NCBI GenBank assembly: GCA_048270185.1
Contig: JBLWTJ010000002.1
Location: forward strand, 128,001-192,000
Source of the DNA: Bacteriovoracaceae bacterium
GTDB taxonomy: Bacteria; Bdellovibrionota; Bacteriovoracia; Bacteriovoracales; Bacteriovoracaceae
Reading direction: 5' to 3'
DNA: 64,000 nt
Shown: positions 9,542 to 18,442 of the stretch, one piece after another
Numbering within the stretch: the stretch's first letter is position 1
How the letters are laid out: the number at the start of each line of letters is the position of its first letter
Program-made: the position numbers and the translations under genes
The notes under the pieces: generated by a model
Told to the model about the DNA's origin: nothing
Database searches by the model: none
The model's input: the letters and a program-made list of their open reading frames with translations, nothing else

Positions 9542-10195
9542 ATGAAAAATTCACTAGTATTCAAGCAGTCAAAAGTTTTACTAACATCAGCACTAGTTGC
9601 TCTATCACTACTGACAACGTCATGTGGTTCAGGGACAAGTGGGAAGAACTTAAGTATTCCAGGTGTTGATGGACCAACAGTTGTTCTTTTAGGCGATGAT
9701 ATCCTTGTCGATATCGTTCTTGAAAATGTCCAAGTTGAGGGTGGTGCACGTTTCAACATCCCTAACTACACAAACTCATATGTGGAAATTTCTCCAGATT
9801 TAGAGTCAGAAGGTACACTACTTGCCTTCTCTGTATCACTTGATGATATCTTTGGTGACAAAGTTGATCGTCTTGATCCACTAACACTTCCAGGTGGCCG
9901 TGCCATTCCAGGTGTTTCAGGTGGTTCACTACCAGCAGTTGCTTTCTCGGTACCAAGTATCAAGAATATCGCCTTCTACGTAGGTCCAAAAGTATTTGGT
10001 ATTTGGGTACCAGTTAAGAACCTAAATATGGCAGGTACAATGCTTACAACACGTTTCTACACGGATAGTAAGAGAGTTGGTAACCTTTCACTTGTTGGTG
10101 AAGATGCAAATGGAGAAAACGGTGGTTTCTTCCTAGCTCTATCAGTTTCAAGCTCACAAGCTAGAACTCTTGAGAGAATTGCTGATCGTTACTAA
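9542..10195 (+). CDS. hypothetical lipoprotein (paralog A)
   Basis: Lipobox LLTTSC; RBS GAGG; clear similarity to the next gene. Confidence 0.85.
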   Translation: MKNSLVFKQSKVLLTSALVALSLLTTSCGSGTSGKNLSIPGVDGPTVVLLGDDILVDIVLENVQVEGGARFNIPNYTNSYVEISPDLESEGTLLAFSVSLDDIFGDKVDRLDPLTLPGGRAIPGVSGGSLPAVAFSVPSIKNIAFYVGPKVFGIWVPVKNLNMAGTMLTTRFYTDSKRVGNLSLVGEDANGENGGFFLALSVSSSQARTLERIADRY

Positions 10196-10243
10196 TCTAG
10201 CAAATCACTTCAGAATAAAACCGACCAAAATAATTCAAATCGG

Positions 10244-10279
10244 AAAAAATGCCCCTAGGAATCTAGGGGTTATTTTTTT
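10244..10279 (+). terminator. intrinsic terminator
   Basis: GCCCCTAG-GAAT-CTAGGGGT followed by a T run. Confidence 0.8.
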
Positions 10280-10292
10280 CTAACAAAAAAGT

Positions 10293-10319
10293 TAAGAACC
10301 GCTTCACTATTGACGATAG
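10293..10319 (+). promoter_or_regulatory. candidate sigma28 promoter
   Basis: TAAG-N15-GACGATAG, 45 nt upstream of ATG 10365. Confidence 0.55.
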
Positions 10320-10364
10320 ATTGGAAAACGAGAGAATTTTTTTTCCAACGAGTGAGGTAAGGAT

Positions 10365-10997
10365 ATGGAAATCACATTAAGAAAAAGACTACTGACAGTC
10401 ATCGCTCTTCTGAGCTTCTCATTCTTCTCAGTATCATGTGGAGAAGGTAACGTAACAATTCCAGGTGTTGACGGACCAAACGTTAACCTACTTGAAGATA
10501 ACGTTATCGTATCAATGGTACTTGAAGATGTAACAATTGTTGCTGGTGCGACTTACAAAGTACCAAAGTACAAGAAGTCATTTATCGGACTTAACCCTAA
10601 CCTAGAAGGTCCAGGTGCAGTTCTAACTTTCACAGTTTCACTAGATGATATCTTTTCATCTGACGTAAACAGACTAGATCCAAAGACTCTTCCTGGTGGA
10701 CGTATGATTCCAGGTGTAGCTGCCGGAGCACTTCCAGCTGTTGCATTTACAATCGACAAGATCAAGAACATGGCATTCTATGTTGGTCCAAAAGTATTTG
10801 GTATTTGGGTACCACTACACAAGTTTGAACTTTACGGATTTGCATGGACTAAATCTTTCAAAGCAGGAGATAAGCACGTAGGTAATATCTCTCTATTTGG
10901 TCAAGATGAAAACGGTGAAAACGCTGGTTTCTTCCTAGCTCTATCTGTTAGATCAGCATATGAGAAAAGACTTAAGAAACTTTCTAGAAAGTACTAG
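10365..10997 (+). CDS. hypothetical lipoprotein (paralog B)
   Basis: Lipobox FFSVSC; shares IPGVDGP, SLDDIF, RLDP.TLPGGR.IPGV, FYVGPKVFGIWVP, NGEN.GFFLALSV with paralog A. Confidence 0.85.
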   Translation: MEITLRKRLLTVIALLSFSFFSVSCGEGNVTIPGVDGPNVNLLEDNVIVSMVLEDVTIVAGATYKVPKYKKSFIGLNPNLEGPGAVLTFTVSLDDIFSSDVNRLDPKTLPGGRMIPGVAAGALPAVAFTIDKIKNMAFYVGPKVFGIWVPLHKFELYGFAWTKSFKAGDKHVGNISLFGQDENGENAGFFLALSVRSAYEKRLKKLSRKY

Positions 10998-11023
10998 TAC
11001 TTAAAAAGAAATAAAAGTTTTAT

Positions 11024-11052
11024 AAGCCGGGTTCACGCCCGGCTTTTCATTT
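11024..11052 (+). terminator. intrinsic terminator
   Basis: AAGCCGGG-TTCACG-CCCGGCTT plus T-rich tail. Confidence 0.8.
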
Positions 11053-11053
11053 T

Positions 11054-11264
11054 GGTGCACGCAACCTTTTCGAGATTCAAACCATTTACTACTCTACACT
11101 TAAAAAATTTGCCGTAATCTTAAACACTTATTAGCTAAGACTAAAATTTAAATACAAAAATGAATAAGATAACTCATAATGAACTTAGTTTTCTAATTAA
11201 CACCTGATATTTAAAGAAAAGCCTTCATGTAGCCCACTGAAATCACGAAAAGGTTGCGTGCACC
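11054..11264. mobile_element. MITE/REPIN-like element with 19-bp terminal inverted repeats
   Basis: GGTGCACGCAACCTTTTCG (11054-11072) and its exact reverse complement (11246-11264) flank an AT-rich non-coding interior. Confidence 0.6.
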
Positions 11265-12742
11265 TAAAGCCCAGTAACCCAAATTTGCCACTTAAACTTC
11301 GTCTCTTCGTTATTATTTAAGATAATCTTGACCGGCGTACTCTTGCCTTCTAGATCGTTAATAACATAGAACTCATTACCTAAAATCCCCGTCATATTGT
11401 AGAGACCTTGGTGGAGGTTGTAATCGATAAGATATTTTATAAAAGTCAAACTCATTGGAGCTTCAGAGCTTCCCACATCATCAACCCTCTTCATTTTCGC
11501 TAGCTGCTTTCTTGTTTGATAGCTACGAAGATTACCATTGAAGCGCTCAAGTGTTTTCTTTGAAAATTTATAGTCGGTCTTAAATCCGGCCATATCAAGA
11601 TCTGTTTGCTTCTTTGTTTTAAAGAAGTCATAGACTGCTTTTTCAAATGTTGAAACCTTAACCTCTGTCTTAACAGGTTGAGGTTTAACTGGTTCAGGCT
11701 TTGGCTTTCTGATAATTTTAATTGATTTGATATCAACTGTTTTAACTGGTTCAACTTTTTTAGGCTCCGCTTTTTTCTCAACAGGAGCTTCTGCAACCTT
11801 CTCTTCCACAAGAGTAATTCCCTTGTCATCAAATTCACGAAGAGAGCCAAACCAGAAAACCTTAAGTTCTTCCTCACCTTTTAAAGCTGACTTAATGATG
11901 GACTGACTCTTATGATCAATCTTCTCAAGTGACTTAGTCATGTCCGCATAGCGGTCAAAACATGCTTCACCCTTACCTGTTTCATTGATGATCTTGAAAG
12001 CCGATGCGCTTAAGATCTCTTGCTTAATTTCAGCAATTGAAGAGGCGGCCATATAGCTATCTTCTTCACTGCAGAGATTTTGAATTTCATTTCGAGCATA
12101 ATTACAAGCTGATACTAATGATTTCTTTGATGTCCCTAAAAAGTACTTACTTAATAATTTCGCAAGTGCTGGGTGATAATTTTCAAGCCTAAAGTTACGA
12201 TCTGTCTCAAGCTTGATTGGATACTTTCCCCAATCCACAATATCTGGAAAGTGGTCTGAAACACGCTTTATAAAGAGCTTCATATCTTGTGATTTAGGAG
12301 AACACTTTTTAAAAAGAACATCGTAGTCCAGCTTACAACTTGTCTCATCTCCGTATTGGTATAATCCAATACTTGATTGGCGGTAGAACTCGTAAAGACT
12401 AGCAATACTTGTTAAACGAATTAAGTATTTCATATAGTCTAAGTTGTCACTAAGCTCGTGCTTTGAACAAGTAAAGTTTGGGTAGATGAAATTTGTAAAA
12501 TCTTGTGAAAGCGTTGTTATTTGTGGAGCAAGCATTTCATCAAAGTACTCACGGCCAGCAACCTCATCGAGGAACTCTTGCGATTGAACCTGGTAATTAA
12601 TCTTTAAACGAGGGTCAAGAGGGCCATCGTAGACGCCAAAATCCCACTCCCCTTTATCAACTGCACTCTCTATTTTTGCAAAAGAGCTTGCGCAAATAAG
12701 TGCGATAGAAATAACTTGTAAGTATTTAAAAATATTCATCAT
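11264..12742 (-). CDS. secreted Cys-containing hypothetical protein
   Basis: Signal peptide from MMNIFKYLQ (ATG 12742, 2 nt after the dctM stop); several Cys; Pro/Lys/Glu-rich linker. Confidence 0.75.
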   Translation of the reverse strand: MMNIFKYLQVISIALICASSFAKIESAVDKGEWDFGVYDGPLDPRLKINYQVQSQEFLDEVAGREYFDEMLAPQITTLSQDFTNFIYPNFTCSKHELSDNLDYMKYLIRLTSIASLYEFYRQSSIGLYQYGDETSCKLDYDVLFKKCSPKSQDMKLFIKRVSDHFPDIVDWGKYPIKLETDRNFRLENYHPALAKLLSKYFLGTSKKSLVSACNYARNEIQNLCSEEDSYMAASSIAEIKQEILSASAFKIINETGKGEACFDRYADMTKSLEKIDHKSQSIIKSALKGEEELKVFWFGSLREFDDKGITLVEEKVAEAPVEKKAEPKKVEPVKTVDIKSIKIIRKPKPEPVKPQPVKTEVKVSTFEKAVYDFFKTKKQTDLDMAGFKTDYKFSKKTLERFNGNLRSYQTRKQLAKMKRVDDVGSSEAPMSLTFIKYLIDYNLHQGLYNMTGILGNEFYVINDLEGKSTPVKIILNNNEETKFKWQIWVTGL

Positions 12743-12744
12743 CT

Positions 12745-14007
12745 CTATTTTACCCAGAGAAGACTCAAGGCAGGAACATAGGTAATAATGGCCAAACAAA
12801 TTAGTAGAATAAGTAGAAATGGCAAGGCCGAACGATAAAGTTCAGTTACAGGTCTCTTAAATCTTATGGAACTAATGAATAAGTTGATTCCCACAGGAGG
12901 CGTAATATAGCCAATTTCAAGGTTTGTAAGAAAAACAATGGCCAAGTGAATTGGATGGATATCAAATTGTTGGGCCATTGGAAGAATAAGAGGAACCACG
13001 ACGATTATCGCACTAAAAATGTCCATTAAGCTTCCTACAATTAACAAGAAAATATTGAGAAAGAGTAGAAAGGCATATTTATTTGTTAGGACATGACTAA
13101 ACGCTTGAAAGAGTTGATTTGGAATTTCTTCATCAACGAGAAAATTTGTTAACCCAAGGGCGCAACAAAGAATAATGAGAATGGCACCTACCATCGTCAT
13201 GGAGTCACGAATAATTGCAGGCACATCTTTGAACAAATTCAGATCTTTATAAACAAAGCATTCAATGATTAAAATATAAAAGGCCGTAAATGCAGCCGCT
13301 TCAGTAACGGTAACAATCCCGCCATAAATTCCAACAAGGACAGCAGCAGGAAGGAATAATTCAAATACTGCTCCCTTAAAACTTTCCCAAACCTCTGTAG
13401 GGTCAAACTTCCCTCTTTCTTGACCTTTTCCTGCTCGAACTATCGAGTAAATAGCAAGTCCAATAATAAGTAAAACCCCAGGAACGATACCGGCCTTAAA
13501 AAGCTGATCGATATCCACACCTGCAACAATACCATAGAGAATTATTGGTAAGCTTGGAGGAAAGAGAAGTCCAAGTGAACCTGAAGTTGTAATGAAGCCC
13601 ATTGTAAACTTATCACTGTGTCCACGATTCATTAAGATTGGATAAATGATTCCACCAAGAGCGACAATCGTTACCCCACTGGCACCAGTGAAGGCCGTAA
13701 AGAAGGCACAAAGGCACAGGCCTACGATGGCCACTCCACCAGGCATCCACGAAAGGAGTGCATTGGTAAAACGAAAAAGTCTTTGTGGTGCTTTTGATTC
13801 TGCAAGTAAATATCCTGCAAATGTAAAAAGAGGAATTGTTAATAATGTTGGAGCTGAAGCAAGCCTATAGATTTCAACAGAAACTGCAGAAGGCTCAATA
13901 CCATTTTGAAAAAATGCAGCAAGTGCAATCGTTCCTAGAACAACAAAGAGTGGCACACCAATTAGTGCCATTGCAAATGCAATAAGACTAATCGTTAACA
14001 GGCCCAT
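12745..14007 (-). CDS. dctM: TRAP transporter large permease
   Basis: LLTIPLFTFAG, GSLGLLFPPSLPIILYG, EIGYITPPVGINLF. Confidence 0.95.
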   Translation of the reverse strand: MGLLTISLIAFAMALIGVPLFVVLGTIALAAFFQNGIEPSAVSVEIYRLASAPTLLTIPLFTFAGYLLAESKAPQRLFRFTNALLSWMPGGVAIVGLCLCAFFTAFTGASGVTIVALGGIIYPILMNRGHSDKFTMGFITTSGSLGLLFPPSLPIILYGIVAGVDIDQLFKAGIVPGVLLIIGLAIYSIVRAGKGQERGKFDPTEVWESFKGAVFELFLPAAVLVGIYGGIVTVTEAAAFTAFYILIIECFVYKDLNLFKDVPAIIRDSMTMVGAILIILCCALGLTNFLVDEEIPNQLFQAFSHVLTNKYAFLLFLNIFLLIVGSLMDIFSAIIVVVPLILPMAQQFDIHPIHLAIVFLTNLEIGYITPPVGINLFISSIRFKRPVTELYRSALPFLLILLICLAIITYVPALSLLWVK

Positions 14008-14482
14008 AATCTTCCTTAAAGTCTAAGAATGCTAGTATCGTCCTAAAGAATATCAGTGCAAAGCCAACTGGAATAATGGCCACCATCGTTGAGGAGTGAA
14101 GGCCAAGAGAGAGCATTTGCCCGTATTCTTTTTCGACATGATAGAATTGATAACCTGAAGCGAATAACCAGATAGTACCGATGATTGTGGCAAGGTTAAT
14201 AAATTTATTTAAAATAAAGAGTGCACGATGTTTTCCTTGGTTCTCTAAGAACTTTGGAAGAATTTCAATTGCGATATGACGAGACTTCCCACTTGCAAGA
14301 GTTGCTCCTAAGAAGGCAGTCACAAAAACTAAGTGACGAACGAGAGGATCAATCCAACCAAGAGATTGATCAAACCAACGAAGAACAATAGCAAAAATAC
14401 TTAATGAAAGCATTAGTGCAACAACGACAACTAAAAGATAGCCGACGATTTGATCTGTCAGTTTTTGTATATCTCTTATCAC
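13988..14482 (-). CDS. dctQ: TRAP transporter small permease
   Basis: Four TMs, FLGATLA...RHIAIEIL. Confidence 0.9.
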   Translation of the reverse strand: MIRDIQKLTDQIVGYLLVVVVALMLSLSIFAIVLRWFDQSLGWIDPLVRHLVFVTAFLGATLASGKSRHIAIEILPKFLENQGKHRALFILNKFINLATIIGTIWLFASGYQFYHVEKEYGQMLSLGLHSSTMVAIIPVGFALIFFRTILAFLDFKEDYGPVND

Positions 14483-14484
14483 TT

Positions 14485-15459
14485 CTATTTACTTTTTAAG
14501 CTCTTTTCAAGCCTTTCATAAGCTTCATTTGAAAAGAGTTTTCCCTTTAATTTCTTTACAACAGCAGCGCGAACTTTAACTGCATTATCGATATCAGCTT
14601 GGCTGAATTTCACAAACTCAACACCTGATTGCTTCATCAGATCAAGAGCATCTTTGTTGTCTTTATCATTTGTCGACTTAACAATATCAATATACTTCTT
14701 ACTAATCTCTAAAACTTTCTTTTGATTTGCTGGTGAAATCTTTTTAAAGATTTTATCAGTAACGAGGAAGGCCCCCATCGAAGTTGTTAGTGGAAAGTCG
14801 ATTAGATATTTTACTTTTGTATTCCACTGCATAGAAAGAATTGCCAAAGGTGGTGCATAGGCTGCTTCAATAATGCCCGTTGATAGAGAAGATAATACAT
14901 CAGGAAGAGGTAGTTGAACTGAAACAAGCTTCATTTCATCCATAATAGCTTCAACTAGTGGATCTCCTTCCCAAGACCAAATCTTTACGCCTTTAAGATT
15001 ATCAAGTGATGCAATTTTATTTTTAGAAACAAAGTAAACCATTCCGATATCAAAGAATCCAAGGTTTACAAATTTACTCTCATTAATTCTCTTGTTTAAA
15101 AACGGAGTTAAGTCATCCATTGCTTTTAAAACTTTTTGGCGATCGTGGTAGAAAGTAAATGGAATCTCTAAGACACGAACATCTCCATTGATATCACCGA
15201 GTGTTTTTGCTGTAAAAACTCCACCGTGAAGTTGCCCTACTCTAATCTTTCTTAAAACATCTGGCTCATCACCTTGCGATCCACCAAAGTAGAATTTAAC
15301 TTTAACTTCGCCATTAGTTTCTTTCTTAATGGCCTTTGCCATTTTCTTTAAGTTATTTGCCCAATTTGTTCCCTCTGGAGTAAGGACACCAACTTTAAGT
15401 GTTAGTGCAAAAATATTTGATGTAATAAAAAGGGCAATTAGTAATCTAAAAAAGTTCAT
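14485..15459 (-). CDS. dctP: TRAP substrate-binding protein
   Basis: Signal peptide, TPEGTNW, GGSQGDEPDVLRKIRVGQLHG, LKGVKIW. Confidence 0.92.
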   Translation of the reverse strand: MNFFRLLIALFITSNIFALTLKVGVLTPEGTNWANNLKKMAKAIKKETNGEVKVKFYFGGSQGDEPDVLRKIRVGQLHGGVFTAKTLGDINGDVRVLEIPFTFYHDRQKVLKAMDDLTPFLNKRINESKFVNLGFFDIGMVYFVSKNKIASLDNLKGVKIWSWEGDPLVEAIMDEMKLVSVQLPLPDVLSSLSTGIIEAAYAPPLAILSMQWNTKVKYLIDFPLTTSMGAFLVTDKIFKKISPANQKKVLEISKKYIDIVKSTNDKDNKDALDLMKQSGVEFVKFSQADIDNAVKVRAAVVKKLKGKLFSNEAYERLEKSLKSK

Positions 15460-15474
15460 CGTTTTCCTATTCTA

Positions 15475-16443
15475 TTAGAAGATTTGGTTTTCTAATTTTT
15501 CAATTATCTCTAAACGCTTACGAGCAATAAGATTAAAGAGGCTATTGTAATTAACATCAGGAGTTTCAATCTTCCCTCCCGACCAATAACTCTTATCCAT
15601 ATGCTCACGTGCGTATTTATCAATTTCTAATTTTTGATTTAAGTAAATACCTTTTTCCATCATAGGCACAGCGTAGAACTGAATATATGAAAGTCTTACC
15701 ATCATATTCTCAGGCCACTTCTTAGTTGCTTCTTCAAATAACAACTTACCTTTAGCTGGATTCCCACCTAGACCACGAGGTCTTGAGGCCGCATAACTAG
15801 CTGCAAAGATATCACAAGCACCACCAGCAAGATCAGGTTTCTTCTCACATGACCAATCATACATAACTTTCGCAAGAGGTAGATAGGCAACTGCTCTCAT
15901 ATTAGAGCGCTGAAGATTAATGATCGAAGCAAGAGCTTGTCCTGTATAGAAAATTCCCTCAATATCTGTTTCATCTTCATCAAAATTCTCATCAAGTAAT
16001 TTCTTAAAACTTTCAGGTGATGAAATATACTTTGTGAAATCGAAAGCATCCATTCCTTTGGTATTAAAATAAAGAGTCGCATAGCTTAGTGCACGAGTGT
16101 AATTAGCAAGTGCTCTTTTACGATAAATAGAATCTGATTTTTCTTGTAATTGATCTTTTAAATAATAAGTCTCATCAATAGCAAAAGCTTTTCCACTATA
16201 GGCCTTGATAAGAGTCACGATGAATTCAGGATTAGTGCGATCTGCTGAATAGAGATTTTCCACTAACTTTATATTGCTATCGATTGTTGATTCAAAGAGA
16301 CTCCAATCTTCTTCCGTAAAAACAGTACTTGAAGATTCAAAGATCATATCCCCCATCTGATTTGTGGCGATTTTCTTAAAACTTGAGCAAGATACTACGG
16401 TTAAAAGTAAAAGCAGGAATGCCAGAAATTCTTTGCGGTTCAC
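15475..16443 (-). CDS. TRAP transporter T-component (TatT) lipoprotein
   Basis: GTG 16443 behind AAGGA, lipobox VVSC; helical TPR-like sequence with SRPRGLGGNPAKGKLLFEEA; directly upstream of dctP. Confidence 0.8.
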   Translation of the reverse strand: MNRKEFLAFLLLLLTVVSCSSFKKIATNQMGDMIFESSSTVFTEEDWSLFESTIDSNIKLVENLYSADRTNPEFIVTLIKAYSGKAFAIDETYYLKDQLQEKSDSIYRKRALANYTRALSYATLYFNTKGMDAFDFTKYISSPESFKKLLDENFDEDETDIEGIFYTGQALASIINLQRSNMRAVAYLPLAKVMYDWSCEKKPDLAGGACDIFAASYAASRPRGLGGNPAKGKLLFEEATKKWPENMMVRLSYIQFYAVPMMEKGIYLNQKLEIDKYAREHMDKSYWSGGKIETPDVNYNSLFNLIARKRLEIIEKLENQIF

Positions 16444-16551
16444 ATCGTTATCCTTATAAAAACTATAGTAGTAATTTGCCTTATCTTTTGAGTAATTACA
16501 AGAGGTTATTGAGTTATTCATTGACATGGAAGGCCCTGTATTTTAGCCGTG

Positions 16552-16580
16552 TTGCACCATTTATAACCTCGTGATATGAT
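16552..16580 (+). promoter_or_regulatory. sigma70-type promoter
   Basis: TTGCAC-N17-TATGAT with extended -10 TG. Confidence 0.55.
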
Positions 16581-16602
16581 TAGAGAAATATTTGCGAAAG
16601 GC

Positions 16603-16630
16603 TAAATTTTTCGATGAAATTTGCCGAGTA
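16603..16630 (+). promoter_or_regulatory. candidate sigma28 promoter
   Basis: TAAA-N16-GCCGAGTA. Confidence 0.5.
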
Positions 16631-16795
16631 GTTATTTTGTAAGTTTAACTTTGTCACGGAGTGACCATTGAGAGTAGTTTTTCTACGAGTAGATGAGCTA
16701 CTTACCTAATCGGATTTAAGTTCTGGATCTCTTGAATCTTATTATCGATTAAGGTAAGTGTTATTAACCTTAATCATTTTAATAAGGAGATGGAG

Positions 16796-16990
16796 ATGTC
16801 ATCACAAGAAACATCTAACGAAAAATTATCTACTACTAACCTTAACAACGTTGTTGAGCCGGTAAGACTTAAGACAATTCGTAAGTCTGCTAGCCTAAAG
16901 CCAAGAAAATCTCTATTAAGAGTAAGTAGCTTAAGACCAACTCGTGCAGTTATGGGTAAGACAAGAGTTCAAGAAACAGAGCAAGAGTAG
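16796..16990 (+). CDS. small basic Ser/Lys/Arg-rich protein
   Basis: Strong RBS AAGGAG (16784-16789) spaced for ATG 16796; fills the gap up to the convergent gene. Confidence 0.7.
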   Translation: MSSQETSNEKLSTTNLNNVVEPVRLKTIRKSASLKPRKSLLRVSSLRPTRAVMGKTRVQETEQE

Positions 16991-16995
16991 GATTA

Positions 16996-17484
16996 CTATC
17001 TCTTCTTGCCACGTTTTGGTGAAATCAATTGCTTATCGTAAGTCGCTTTTAGACTGCGCAGGGTTTCATTGCGTATTTCTTCAAGCTTCTTTAAGCGCTC
17101 TTCATGGAGAAAATTTAAATAGTTCTTCTTTGCAATAAAGAGATTATTTAAGTAAGTAACCTGAAAGGCCCTTAACTCTCTGTAACACAAATCCTTTTCT
17201 GCTTTCGTTAATTTATGCTGACTCGACTCAAGATCTTTGTGATCGAGAACGAAAGTTGAATAATCCCCAGAACAAACACCTTTCTTTAAATCGATATAAT
17301 TATCGATCTCACGCCTTAGAGACTGGGTCTTTGTAACATAGATATCAGGAGTAAGAGTTTTCACCTCTTCAATTTTGGCATACATTTCTTTACTAATTTC
17401 TTTATTTGAAAGCTCTTTTGTATCAACTCCAAACGACAGCTGTGTACAAAGAATGAATGTCATAAATAGAAATGCTTTTTTCAT
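16996..17484 (-). CDS. secreted helical hypothetical protein
   Basis: Signal peptide, coiled-coil character, Cys pair. Confidence 0.7.
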   Translation of the reverse strand: MKKAFLFMTFILCTQLSFGVDTKELSNKEISKEMYAKIEEVKTLTPDIYVTKTQSLRREIDNYIDLKKGVCSGDYSTFVLDHKDLESSQHKLTKAEKDLCYRELRAFQVTYLNNLFIAKKNYLNFLHEERLKKLEEIRNETLRSLKATYDKQLISPKRGKKR

Positions 17485-17843
17485 ATTGCCTTAATCTTTG
17501 AAATAAAAAAATCTTCATCTTTATTATGCGAAAAGACGAATGTTATGGCCATAATTTTAAACTTGGATTGATGGCCACTTACTAATTCAATTTGAGTTTT
17601 GGACACACCGAGCTTTTTGGCCATAAGTTTCATAATTCCTTCATTGGCCTTACCATCTTCAGGAGGTGCTTGGGTGCTAACAATAAGGTGGCCCCCATCA
17701 CTAACACTTACTTTTTCACGCTTGGCCCCGGGTTTTGCCCAAATTTCAATTTGAATCAATAAAACATCTTCTTCGCGATTTGAATTAAGAATTTTTAGGC
17801 CTATATTTGTGAGAGCATCTTCTATTGAAATATCTCTCTCCAA
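17481..17843 (-). CDS. DUF167/YggU family protein
   Basis: AKPGAKRE, APPEDGKAN, LVSGHQSKFK. Confidence 0.88.
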   Translation of the reverse strand: MERDISIEDALTNIGLKILNSNREEDVLLIQIEIWAKPGAKREKVSVSDGGHLIVSTQAPPEDGKANEGIMKLMAKKLGVSKTQIELVSGHQSKFKIMAITFVFSHNKDEDFFISKIKAI

Positions 17844-18442
17844 TTATTTGCGTCATATCCAAGTTCGACTAAGAAGGCCTTAAGCTCTTCTAAAAAGCAT
17901 GATAAAGGAAAGCCCACAACATTCGAATAAGAGCCACTTAAGCTCTCAACAAAGAGAAGTCCTTGCCCTTGAATACCGTAAGCTCCGGCCTTATCAAGAG
18001 ATTCATCACTTTCTAAATAGAGATCTAAAACCTCTTCTGAGATATCTGTAAACTTAACTTTTGAACAACGAGAGAATGTGTATTCACTTTCACCACAGGC
18101 CATGTACACGGCCGTATAAACTTCATGCTCCTTACCAGAGAGTTCAAGTAACATTTCACGAGCATGCTCTCGATCATTTGGTTTTCCTAAGACTTTATCC
18201 CCTATTGCAACAAGAGTATCTGAAGCAACGACAAAAGCATTCTTATGTTTCTTACTTTCTATTGAAAAAATATCGCGACCTTTTAGTTCGGCCAATTCTT
18301 CAACAATTTCTTGAGGGTGTTCTTGTGTTGCAATCTCTTCAACTTGTGAAGGGATAACTTCAATTGGAATTTTCATCCAAGATAAAAGTTCCTTGCGGCG
18401 CGGGCTTCCTGAGGCCAGGATAAACTTTAGTGTTGATTCCAT
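17822..18442 (-). CDS. maf: Maf family nucleoside triphosphate pyrophosphatase
   Basis: ILASGSPRRKELL, SDTLV, LGKP, DKAGAYGIQG, NVVGFP. Confidence 0.95.
   Translation of the reverse strand: MESTLKFILASGSPRRKELLSWMKIPIEVIPSQVEEIATQEHPQEIVEELAELKGRDIFSIESKKHKNAFVVASDTLVAIGDKVLGKPNDREHAREMLLELSGKEHEVYTAVYMACGESEYTFSRCSKVKFTDISEEVLDLYLESDESLDKAGAYGIQGQGLLFVESLSGSYSNVVGFPLSCFLEELKAFLVELGYDANNWREIFQ

Noticed and set aside
11169..11196. dif-like sequence (ATAACTCATAA-TGAACT-TAGTTTTCTAA)
   Set aside because: The XerD arm TTATGTTAAAT is not matched
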